A stretch of 64,000 nucleotides of DNA from Acutalibacteraceae bacterium (GTDB lineage: Bacteria; Bacillota; Clostridia; Oscillospirales; Acutalibacteraceae). Numbering within the stretch: the first letter of the stretch is position 1; each line of letters begins with the position of its first letter. Below, in pieces: positions 55,993 to 64,000 of this stretch. A program made the position numbers and the translations under genes. The notes under the pieces are model-generated. The model had not been told where the DNA came from. It saw nothing but the letters and a program-made list of their open reading frames with translations, and did no database searches. The stretch lies in NCBI GenBank assembly GCA_045587505.1, contig JAZNCK010000093.1, positions 232 to 64,231 of the forward strand. The letters are read 5' to 3'.

Positions 55993-57849
55993 TTAAAACT
56001 TGTTAATTTTACCTACCGAATACTGAAGAATTTTAAGAGCATCTGTTGTGTTGACTTTATTGTCCTTGTTAACATCGGCATTGGTAAGCTTCTGACCTGT
56101 AAGAGTTACTTTCTTAACCGAATGCTGAAGAGCAAGAAGCGCGTCGGTTGAGTTGACTTGTCCGTCAAGGTTCGCGTCACCCAAAGTGGCAAGTTTCGGT
56201 ATAGTTTCTTCAACGGCAACGGCATTACAAACTGTGCAGTATTTAATTCGTTTGCCTTCTTCTGTTGCAGTTGCGCGCAGAACAATCTTCCAATCACCCG
56301 GAGTATGAGGAAGTTTTTTGATTATTGTTTTTTCCTGAGTCAAAGCTGTTTTACCGGCAGAGTCACCGAAGTATCGGTTACATGTTACACAGTAGTAATA
56401 TTCAGTGTGTCCCTCTTTTGAGCAAGAAGAAGCAGTTGAAGGGAAATGCTGAATCACGTGATCATGGTTTGAGTTTGAGTCAATGTTAATTATGCAGATT
56501 CTTCTATCTAATTTACCTGTGTCATAGTACCAAATAATCTTTCCGTTATGATAAATCGGCTGACAGTCACTCAAATTACACGGAGCAATGAGGGTCTGGA
56601 CATTCGAAAGCTTATTTCCGTTTTCGTCAATGATTAAAAACCTTACTGCGTTTTCGTTATAGATATACCTTGGTTCACCGTTGCTATCAGTACCTTCTTT
56701 GGAGATAAGAAATTCTTTCCAGATTACAACAAATTTATTGTTGTTGATCTTGACAAGGTACGGTGCAGTTGCGCTCATACCTTTGTTTACATAATTCGTA
56801 AGATAAACTCTTTTTACTTTTGACGGATCTGTGTTGTTTTTTGCGCTGATGAGAAGAACAGCGTTACGTTCGTCCTTATCAAGACCGTACATATTGTAAC
56901 TGTCATAAGAAGTTACCTTACTGTGGTCAATTGAGTTGATTGAAACTATATAATTATTTGAGGAAATTTCAAAACCGCCTACATTTACACCTGTACAGTT
57001 TGCACCGACCTTACCGGGAATATCAAATAAAGAAAGTTCTGAATATTTTCCGTTTGCCAGTCTCTTGGAAAGAAGAATACATCTCGGGTATGCATCACCG
57101 TGGTCAACAAGAACAGGGCTGTCGCCGTCATACTGAACAAACTGATTGAAAGAGTGGCTGACGTGGTTATTCTGGAACTCCTGCAGTTCGTTTTTAACCG
57201 TCATTGTCTTTGTGTCAATAATAATTGTAAACTGTGACTGATGGTTTAGTCCGTCTTTTTCACTTTTGAATCGCTGTCGTGCCGTATGAACGGTAAGTTC
57301 ACTTCCTGTTGCATTTTCACTTATTGAAGATGAGCTGTAATTAAACGGAACAATAGTCTGACACTGTTTGCCGTTTATCGATACACTGCTTATACGGTTG
57401 AAATTTTTGTCATACTTGACAATACGATAAACTTCCTTTGTTTGGCTCTCTTCGAAATTTGTCTGACCAAAGATCATATAATTATAGTTTTTTCCGCTAT
57501 AAAAGCCTCCCCACAACGGGAGTTCGATTTTAATACCGTTTTCCTCGAGGTAGTTGAAGTCGGATGTGTATTTTGTGACGGTCAAGTGGCTGACTATATT
57601 TTCAACATAATAAGAATCATTATCTTTATCGGTTGCAATATTTACAACATAGTATTTTCCACTATATTCATACATAAATGAAGTTGTTGTGGTCATCCAG
57701 TTAGATGTATTTTCATTTAAAATATTCTTCGGAGAGGAAGAAGGGTAAAAATAATCAATAAAATACATCGAATACGCAGGAACCGACAACTGAACAACCG
57801 TCAACAGGCACAGTACGAGTGCGAGGATTCTTTTAAGATTTCTTTTCAT
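55993..57849 (-). CDS. Secreted dockerin-bearing protein with an N-terminal domain of unknown function and CxxC modules
   Basis: Signal peptide. C-terminal type-I dockerin duplicate: DANLDGQVNSTDALLALQ and DVNKDNKVNTTDALKILQ. Upstream are CSKEGH..YYCVTCNRYF and YCTVCNA. Confidence 0.8.
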   Translation of the reverse strand: MKRNLKRILALVLCLLTVVQLSVPAYSMYFIDYFYPSSSPKNILNENTSNWMTTTTSFMYEYSGKYYVVNIATDKDNDSYYVENIVSHLTVTKYTSDFNYLEENGIKIELPLWGGFYSGKNYNYMIFGQTNFEESQTKEVYRIVKYDKNFNRISSVSINGKQCQTIVPFNYSSSSISENATGSELTVHTARQRFKSEKDGLNHQSQFTIIIDTKTMTVKNELQEFQNNHVSHSFNQFVQYDGDSPVLVDHGDAYPRCILLSKRLANGKYSELSLFDIPGKVGANCTGVNVGGFEISSNNYIVSINSIDHSKVTSYDSYNMYGLDKDERNAVLLISAKNNTDPSKVKRVYLTNYVNKGMSATAPYLVKINNNKFVVIWKEFLISKEGTDSNGEPRYIYNENAVRFLIIDENGNKLSNVQTLIAPCNLSDCQPIYHNGKIIWYYDTGKLDRRICIINIDSNSNHDHVIQHFPSTASSCSKEGHTEYYYCVTCNRYFGDSAGKTALTQEKTIIKKLPHTPGDWKIVLRATATEEGKRIKYCTVCNAVAVEETIPKLATLGDANLDGQVNSTDALLALQHSVKKVTLTGQKLTNADVNKDNKVNTTDALKILQYSVGKINKF

Positions 57850-57864
57850 AATTTATCATTCCTT

Positions 57865-59934
57865 TCATTTTGCTTTGTAGAGCATAATAACAGCCTTCGG
57901 AGTTTCGGTGATTGTCATTTCATATCCGTCGTTCATCAGCTGTTTGCCCGTGAAAGTGAGCGTGAGGTCGGGTGTGTCGTAATCGTAGAGCTCATAGGTT
58001 TTTTCGGGGTCAAGTCCGTTGAGCTTCAACTTATATGTGTTGTCGGACACGTTTTCACGTTTGTAGATAAGTGCCATACCCTCGTTTGCATCCTTGTCAA
58101 ACTGCATTGCGAGGTATCTTGATGTGTCTGTTCCGCCGTAAGTCAACGGATAATAATTGCCGAGCATATACGGACGCAGATCGTAATATTCAAGACGCTG
58201 TGAGCAAGAGATAATATTTGTTCTGTTCGCATACTCACCCTCAACATAAGCACAGGTGCCGTTATACGGAAGCCAGAAGGAAATGCCGTATGTCTGTGCC
58301 TGAGTTGTCTGAAGAATATCTTCCTTTGCATTGCCGTTTTCGTCCATACAGTTGTAGTCTGTTCTCCAGAGGGGAATTGCACGTCTTGCCATTTCGATGT
58401 CAATGCGTTTGCCGCCCGAAGCACAGTTGTCAATCATAAGGCCCGGAACTTCCGCAAGCAGAGTATCAAAGAATTTGTAGAGGTTTGTTACATAGTGGTT
58501 TTCGGTAAAACCTTTTCTGCCGTACTCCCACTGCTTATCTACCTGCTGCCAACGGGGAAGAGCAGGGAAATTACTGTCCAATCGCAGACAGTTAACTCCG
58601 TTGTATCGGATAGATTCCAACATATAGTCAGTGATGAATTTTGCACATTCAGCGTTTGCAAAGTTTACAACATTTGAGTTTTCGTTGTCCGGGTTTAAAA
58701 TAAGCCATTCGTCATGTTTTATGCATTCGTTGTAGATTTGCGTATCCTTACAGCAACGCTCAATTTCATACCAGAGAAGAAGACCCAGTCCTCTTTCGTT
58801 AAGGTGACGGGATATTTCACCAAGACCGTTGGGGAAACGTTCGGGATCAGCATACCAGTTTCCGACGCTGTCGCCCCAATCGTTTCTGAGGGGATACCAG
58901 CCTGCATCAACCCAGGCATAGTCAAGGGAATAAGTCCAATCTTCGGGGATGTTTTTGACGTTCTGAATAGCCTGTTCTTCATTTACACCGGGAACCTCAA
59001 TACCAATTCCTGTTGTTGTAAGTTGCTTTGTACCTTCGGGATAAACGCAGTCCATTGTGAAGTTGCGGTAAGTATTAAAGCCTTTGAGCGCGTTGTCACC
59101 GTTATAGAAATTGAGTGTGACAAGCGGTGAACGGATGCTTTCATCGGGCTCGAGATAACCCTTGAGTTTTTCCTGTTTGACTTTGATTTCCACGCCGTCA
59201 AAAGTCTGTGCAAGGGATGTAAACCACTGACCTGACCAACCTGTTGCAAGAACAACACCGCCATCCTTGCCGAGCATATTGAAATATGGCAGGAAAGATT
59301 CCGTTCTGCCACCGTTTGCAGTGTATTTCATGGCAGTAAGACTGACAGAGGAACAGAGAAGTTCAAAATCGTCTGCGGCAGGGTCACTGCCTTTGCTGAA
59401 ATAAACATCAGTCTTTTTGCCTGTGGGAACAACACAGTCTGCTGCAAAAAACTTAGAAATTTTCGGAGACTTTTCGTTACCGGTATTCTTGATGTACACT
59501 GTCCATTCGCAGGTTGCACTGTCTTCGTAAATTGTTGCCTCAACCGTAGCGACGAGGTCGCTCTTTTTATGGTCGAGCGTGATGTATGTTGTCTTACCAC
59601 CGCGACGAACTTCACCTGTTGCACTTTCTTGACCGATATCGAAGGTCCAGTCATCGGTATTGTTCCGGAATTTTTTGATGCCGACATTGAAGTTGTATGC
59701 GGGGTTGGTGGCAGTCAGGATGTTCTCCTCATACCACTTGCGACAGTTTGCTTTTTCTTCCTGCGTAACGGTAAATCCGTCAGCAGCAAGAGGCTCAAAA
59801 GAAACCTCTGCCGTTGAACTCAGCTCATAAGCTGCACGGTCAACCCAGAACTTGAAGTTAGAGTCCTGCACAGCACAAGCCGATACAATAAACAGTATTG
59901 CCTGAATAAGAGAAATAATGATTTTCATATTCAT
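57865..59934 (-). CDS. Secreted glycoside hydrolase, GH36-like alpha-galactosidase superfamily
   Basis: Signal peptide. VDAGWY, LRLDSN (KxDxN-like nucleophile context) and DNCASGGKRID (CxxGGxR(F/I)D motif). Confidence 0.6.
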   Translation of the reverse strand: MNMKIIISLIQAILFIVSACAVQDSNFKFWVDRAAYELSSTAEVSFEPLAADGFTVTQEEKANCRKWYEENILTATNPAYNFNVGIKKFRNNTDDWTFDIGQESATGEVRRGGKTTYITLDHKKSDLVATVEATIYEDSATCEWTVYIKNTGNEKSPKISKFFAADCVVPTGKKTDVYFSKGSDPAADDFELLCSSVSLTAMKYTANGGRTESFLPYFNMLGKDGGVVLATGWSGQWFTSLAQTFDGVEIKVKQEKLKGYLEPDESIRSPLVTLNFYNGDNALKGFNTYRNFTMDCVYPEGTKQLTTTGIGIEVPGVNEEQAIQNVKNIPEDWTYSLDYAWVDAGWYPLRNDWGDSVGNWYADPERFPNGLGEISRHLNERGLGLLLWYEIERCCKDTQIYNECIKHDEWLILNPDNENSNVVNFANAECAKFITDYMLESIRYNGVNCLRLDSNFPALPRWQQVDKQWEYGRKGFTENHYVTNLYKFFDTLLAEVPGLMIDNCASGGKRIDIEMARRAIPLWRTDYNCMDENGNAKEDILQTTQAQTYGISFWLPYNGTCAYVEGEYANRTNIISCSQRLEYYDLRPYMLGNYYPLTYGGTDTSRYLAMQFDKDANEGMALIYKRENVSDNTYKLKLNGLDPEKTYELYDYDTPDLTLTFTGKQLMNDGYEMTITETPKAVIMLYKAK

Positions 59935-59965
59935 ACCTCTTTATAGATTGAAAAACAGTGTATAT

Positions 59966-60703
59966 TTAAAAACTTTTCAGCTTAAGAATATCTTCAAAAA
60001 ATTCAGCTTCTCCGCCACAGAATTCAAGAATTACAGCACCGCGGAAATCTTTTTCTTTAAATTTTACAAGTAAGGAATCGAGATAAGTCTCATCCTTTAC
60101 CTTGTCGGACTGTTCACGCATCTGATCGAAGTATGAAACGTGAACGTTAAGAATATAGTCAAAGGTTTTTTCGATTCGGTCGAGATCGTATTCCTTGCGG
60201 AAATAACGCGACTGAAAATACGTCATAAAATTCGACCTGTTCAGGTCTTTTCTGAATTGCAGAAAAGCCTGAGTGTTGTTGTTATATGTATAATCGTGAC
60301 ATTCGGGACAGACAAGAAGCCCGTACTTTTCTGCATCGGTGCATATTCTTTGTGCATCTTCAAGCAGGTTTTTGTATTCGTCGCGATCAGTTACCTCGCT
60401 GTCTTTTTTGCCGAGCCAGACACGGATTGACTCTGCACCCATAATCTTTGCGTTCTCGCAGAGAGAAAGCCATTCGTTTTCGTCATTGCTTCCTACACGG
60501 TAATAACTGCCGTAAGAGGAGATGCCGATTCCGGCGTCATCGCACAGTCGCTTTGCTTTTTTAGCCTCATCAACTGTCCTGACGTGTACGTCTGAACCCC
60601 ATTCAATGCAGTCAACACCTGCCTCTTTACAGAGCGAAACTATGTCTTCAACGGTTTTTTCTCTGAAAGTAACGCTTGCAAGACCGATTTTGAAAAAAGC
60701 CAT
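59966..60703 (-). CDS. Sugar phosphate isomerase/epimerase (xylose-isomerase-like TIM barrel)
   Basis: About 245 aa with an alternating beta/alpha pattern (GVDCIEW, IRVWLG, ECH, ILEF). Start chosen at the ATG at 60703 after GGTGA. Confidence 0.65.
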   Translation of the reverse strand: MAFFKIGLASVTFREKTVEDIVSLCKEAGVDCIEWGSDVHVRTVDEAKKAKRLCDDAGIGISSYGSYYRVGSNDENEWLSLCENAKIMGAESIRVWLGKKDSEVTDRDEYKNLLEDAQRICTDAEKYGLLVCPECHDYTYNNNTQAFLQFRKDLNRSNFMTYFQSRYFRKEYDLDRIEKTFDYILNVHVSYFDQMREQSDKVKDETYLDSLLVKFKEKDFRGAVILEFCGGEAEFFEDILKLKSF

Positions 60704-60806
60704 TATAATCACCGAAAGAATTATAACAGATGAGATTTGTTAAATCAATAGACGAAAGATTTATATATTCACAGCATTATATTAAAAAAGAAAAAATTTT
60801 TTAATG

Positions 60807-60835
60807 TTTACTTTTTATCTAAAATTTGGTATCAT
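60807..60835 (+). promoter_or_regulatory. Extended -10 promoter candidate
   Basis: TTTACT, a 17-nt spacer, then TGgTATCAT. Confidence 0.4.
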
Positions 60836-60866
60836 ATGTTATTATGAATCTTAGATGGAGGAAGCT

Positions 60867-62321
60867 ATGAAAAGAGTTATTGCTATTTTTATGAGCGTAA
60901 TTATGCTTATGCAACTTGGAGTAAATTCATCGGCTGCATTCAATGCACCGAAACTGTCAGAAAGTGAATGGGAAGCAGTTTATAATGCTAACCATTCGGA
61001 TAACACACTTCCGACTCTCAATGTCGGTGCGGACGAAACGCAGGTAAGTCTCTGCTGGCACGCAGACAAATCAAAGGCTGTGGCAGAGGTTGAACTTTCA
61101 AAGAATGCCGATATGTCCGATGCTGTATTGTTCAAGGGCGAGACAACTCCTGCAGAAACAGACATTCAGCTTGTCTGCCGTGTAACGGTGACGGGACTTG
61201 AGGAACACACAGCGTATTATTACCGTTGGAACACAGGCGACGGAATGAGTGATATCAAAAAGTTTGAGACAAAAAGCTTTGGTGCGCATAAAGCACTCGT
61301 AATTGGTGATATTCAGATTTCTGAGGACTGGAACGATGAGGTATCGCAGAAGGCTGACGGCCACAACTGGAACAATGTTCTTGGTGAAGCACTTTCAAAA
61401 AATCCCGATATCAGCTACCTTGTTTCTCCCGGAGATAATACTTCAACAGGTTCTTCTGCGGCGGAGTGGCAGACACTCCTTATGCCTGAGGCTATGCGTT
61501 CGCTTCCCGTTGCACTTGCAATCGGTAACCACGATAAAAAGGGTATGATGTACGACTACTACACCAATATGCCCAACGAGTATTACGGCAGATATTTTGA
61601 AAGACTTGACCGTGATTTCTGGTTCAGATATGGCGATGTGCTTTATCTTTTCTACAACTCAACATCAGGTAATGCACCTGACCACAGAGCGATGACCCAA
61701 GAGGCAATCAAGCTCAATCCGGATGCAAAATGGCGTATCGGTGTTGTTCACCACGGTATCTACGGTGCAGGTGACTCAATCGGTGATATGGAGACGGAAA
61801 TTCTCCTCAAGACGATTTTCGCTCCGATTTTTGAATCGTTTGACCTTGATCTTGTAATTACGGGTCATACACATTCTCAGGGACGTTCACACTTTATGCG
61901 TGACACAAGAGTTGTACAGACCGCAGAAAGCGGTGGCACATTCACAAATCCCGACGGTGTAGTTTATCTCAACTCAAACTCTTCCTGCGGCAGACCTACA
62001 AACGAGAGCTATGAGGCAGAGCACCTTGCATACAGTTTCCTCGAAAACGATGTTACTACGTATTCAACCCTTGATTTCGACGGTAACAAGATGACACTTG
62101 AAACACGCAGAGGAGATAACAGCGAGCTTCTTGATACAATCACAATCATACGTGACGAGGAGTACAAAGATAAGTCTTTCGGCAACGTACTCAAGAGACT
62201 TCTTTATAAGGTTATTGAAGTTATCGGCTTTATTTACGTTAAAATTGACTATCTTGTAAAGGATATTGACGATATGAAAAACAACGGTGGCGTAATCGGT
62301 AAAAAAAAACTGAAGTTTTAA
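60867..62321 (+). CDS. Secreted metallophosphoesterase (purple-acid-phosphatase-like)
   Basis: GGAGGA SD and a signal peptide. N-terminal FN3-like segment (HTAYYYRW), then the GDIQ, GDNTS, GNHD, VVHHG and GHTHS metal-ligand series. Confidence 0.75.
   Translation: MKRVIAIFMSVIMLMQLGVNSSAAFNAPKLSESEWEAVYNANHSDNTLPTLNVGADETQVSLCWHADKSKAVAEVELSKNADMSDAVLFKGETTPAETDIQLVCRVTVTGLEEHTAYYYRWNTGDGMSDIKKFETKSFGAHKALVIGDIQISEDWNDEVSQKADGHNWNNVLGEALSKNPDISYLVSPGDNTSTGSSAAEWQTLLMPEAMRSLPVALAIGNHDKKGMMYDYYTNMPNEYYGRYFERLDRDFWFRYGDVLYLFYNSTSGNAPDHRAMTQEAIKLNPDAKWRIGVVHHGIYGAGDSIGDMETEILLKTIFAPIFESFDLDLVITGHTHSQGRSHFMRDTRVVQTAESGGTFTNPDGVVYLNSNSSCGRPTNESYEAEHLAYSFLENDVTTYSTLDFDGNKMTLETRRGDNSELLDTITIIRDEEYKDKSFGNVLKRLLYKVIEVIGFIYVKIDYLVKDIDDMKNNGGVIGKKKLKF
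62301..62309 (+). repeat. A9 homopolymer at the junction of two abutting reading frames
   Basis: ggtAAAAAAAAActg. The upstream frame stops 10 nt later. The GH43 frame is open from 62303, inside the run. Confidence 0.95.
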
Positions 62322-62392
62322 TCGAAAACAGAGCTGACCCTTATGTAACAAAGGGCAGTGACGGCTGGTACTATTTTACGGCATCCTATCCG

Positions 62393-63277
62393 ATGTGCGG
62401 AGGAGCTGACCCCGAAGGTTACGACAGAATCATCCTTCGCAGAGCAAGAACAATTGACGCTCTTGCAGATGCAGAAGAGATCGTTATCTGGGACGAGAAG
62501 GACTCACCGACTGCACACAGATACATCTGGGCCCCCGAAATTCACGAAATCGGCGGCAAATGGTATGTCTATTTTGCGGCGAGCGACAGTGCAGACAACG
62601 TCTGGGACATCCGTTGTCACGTAATTGCGTGTGACGGCGATGACCCGTATACCGACAGTTGGACAGATAAAGGCAGATTTCAGGCATGTGAGGGAGACAA
62701 CTTCTCTTTTCGCTGGTTTTCGCTGGATATGACCTACTTTGAAGCAGGCGGCAATCACTATGTTTCGTGGGCTCAGACAGACGGCAACTCAAATGTTTAC
62801 ATTGCTACAATTGACCCTGCTGAACCGTGGAAAACTACTTGTCCTGCAGTGCTTTTAACAAAACCCGAATATGACTGGGAAAAGGTAAGAATTCCTGTTA
62901 ACGAAGGCCCGGCCGTGCTTAAAGCAGACGGAAAAGTTTTTCTTACGTTCTCTGCTTCTGCAACAGGCCCCGAATATTGTATCGGTCTGATGTATGCAGA
63001 TGAAAATGCATTACTTACCGATACATCAAACTGGACAAAGCTCGACAGACCTCTGCTTACATCCGATGACCTTTATAAAGAATACGGTCCCGGTCACAAT
63101 TCTTTTGTCAAAGACGAATGCGGCAGATGGGTATTTGTTTACCACTCACGCGGTGAAGATTGCTATAAAGGAAAGTGCGGTTATTCTCACGAAGATTCAC
63201 TTTATGATCCGTGCCGAAGTGCAAGAAAACGTTTTGTGCAATGGGACGAAAACGGAATACCCGTGCTCAACAAATAA
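62393..63277 (+). CDS. Glycoside hydrolase family 43 domain, incomplete as an independent ORF
   Basis: GH43 blocks IWAPEIH, SLDMTYF and VNEGPAV. The conserved N-terminal IENRADPYV...GWYYFTAS block lies upstream of the first ATG, in the same frame (open from 62303), with no start codon or SD. Confidence 0.7.
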   Translation: MCGGADPEGYDRIILRRARTIDALADAEEIVIWDEKDSPTAHRYIWAPEIHEIGGKWYVYFAASDSADNVWDIRCHVIACDGDDPYTDSWTDKGRFQACEGDNFSFRWFSLDMTYFEAGGNHYVSWAQTDGNSNVYIATIDPAEPWKTTCPAVLLTKPEYDWEKVRIPVNEGPAVLKADGKVFLTFSASATGPEYCIGLMYADENALLTDTSNWTKLDRPLLTSDDLYKEYGPGHNSFVKDECGRWVFVYHSRGEDCYKGKCGYSHEDSLYDPCRSARKRFVQWDENGIPVLNK

Positions 63278-63324
63278 AATTAAACCACCTTGTATTGCAA
63301 CAAATGATACAAGGTGGTTCTGTT

Positions 63325-63996
63325 TTACCAGATAAACGGAATCAATCGGTACTTTACTTTATTTTTGTATTCACGGTAGCCGTCAAGTTCTTTTTCAAGA
63401 AAAGCTTCTTCATTTTTTATCCGTTTTGCGATTATGAACGGGTAAGTGAGAAAAATCACAAAGGAAAACACCGAACCCAACACAATCGGCATAGACAGGA
63501 ACAACAGCAGTGTCGCGCTGTACATCGGGTGACGGACTATACCGTATAAGCCCGTATCGATAACCTTCTGGTTTTCCTGCACTTCAATTGTTCGCGAAAG
63601 GTATGTGTTTTCGCGCAGAACTTCCGCATAGAGAATATATGCAAAAAGAAATACAACGACAGCGCAGATTATGATTCCTTTTGGTAGGGTGTGCCATCCG
63701 AAACGGTAATTGAGTCCTGCAACGATAAATCCTGCAAGGAACATCAGTCCGCTGAGCTTGACAACAGTGCTCTGATCTTTTTCTTTCTCTTTGGCATTAA
63801 GACGCTTTTGGAGCAATTCAGGATTTCTGAGCATCAAAAAGATACCTGCAAGAAACATCGGTATAAACAGAGTGCACATAAAAATCCAACCGTTTGTAAA
63901 TTTCAGCGATCCTGCAGGGGCAAAGATGAGCAAACCGACAAGAACTGTTCCTGACACAAATTTAATTATTGCCTGAGAAAACAGTTTTATGTTCAC
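63325..63996 (-). CDS. Isoprenylcysteine carboxyl / phospholipid methyltransferase-family membrane protein
   Basis: Polytopic, with the family core GLYGIVRHPMYSATLLLFLSMPIVLGS and a distal EEAFLEKEL. GTG start at 63996, close to the window edge. Confidence 0.7.
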   Translation of the reverse strand: MNIKLFSQAIIKFVSGTVLVGLLIFAPAGSLKFTNGWIFMCTLFIPMFLAGIFLMLRNPELLQKRLNAKEKEKDQSTVVKLSGLMFLAGFIVAGLNYRFGWHTLPKGIIICAVVVFLFAYILYAEVLRENTYLSRTIEVQENQKVIDTGLYGIVRHPMYSATLLLFLSMPIVLGSVFSFVIFLTYPFIIAKRIKNEEAFLEKELDGYREYKNKVKYRLIPFIW

Positions 63997-64000
63997 AGCA

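Noticed and set aside
1-64000. Whole-window scan for CRISPR arrays, IS/transposase/integrase genes, prophage modules, toxin-antitoxin pairs, restriction-modification genes and rRNA
   Set aside because: Nothing recognisable was found. Every ORF over 200 aa has either a housekeeping or metabolic assignment or is listed above as unknown. I therefore do not claim a defence or mobile system in this window.

Overview
This window looks like the origin-proximal chromosome of a low-GC Firmicute. It is probably a Clostridia or Ruminococcus-like organism, inferred from a type-I dockerin protein, a cohesin-like protein and Bacillus/Clostridium-type gene order. It is densely coding and mostly housekeeping.

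Gene order:
- Plus strand, 186-14204: lipoprotein, mreBCD, PBP2, a MinD-like ATPase, mnmE, mnmG, rsmG, a ParB/Noc paralog, soj, spo0J, serS.
- Minus strand, converging on that block: remB, recF, yaaA, dnaN.
- A 256-bp non-coding gap with the hallmarks of an oriC unwinding module.
- Minus strand: recR, ybaB, a GT2 glycosyltransferase, dnaX, SRP RNA.
- A small cell-wall glycopolymer set: pyruvyl transferase and a Wzm/Wzt-type ABC exporter.
- The rest is metabolic and envelope genes: AcnX pair, rnhB-yraN, thrC, tig-clpP-clpX, DD-carboxypeptidase, deoC-cdd-GNAT-galM, a SEDS/bPBP pair, a CHAP amidase, bioY, a TPR/NTase pair, an HD/TetM-like GTPase/HAD operon, and a glycan-utilisation patch (dockerin protein, GH36-like, GH43).

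I found no CRISPR array, transposase, integrase, prophage genes or rRNA, and no convincing defence island.

The observations most worth follow-up:
1. An oriC core next to dnaN but with no dnaA gene. It has an AT-rich tract, TAG DnaA-trios, a GC cluster and six co-oriented TGTGGAA boxes.
2. An in-phase A_AAA_AAG slippery heptamer in the dnaX linker, with a -1-frame stop 12 codons later.
3. An A9 run exactly at the junction of a metallophosphoesterase ORF and a GH43 frame that has no start codon and no SD of its own.
4. Several translationally coupled gene pairs of unknown function.

All calls come from reading the sequence and the ORF translations. No database search was possible.
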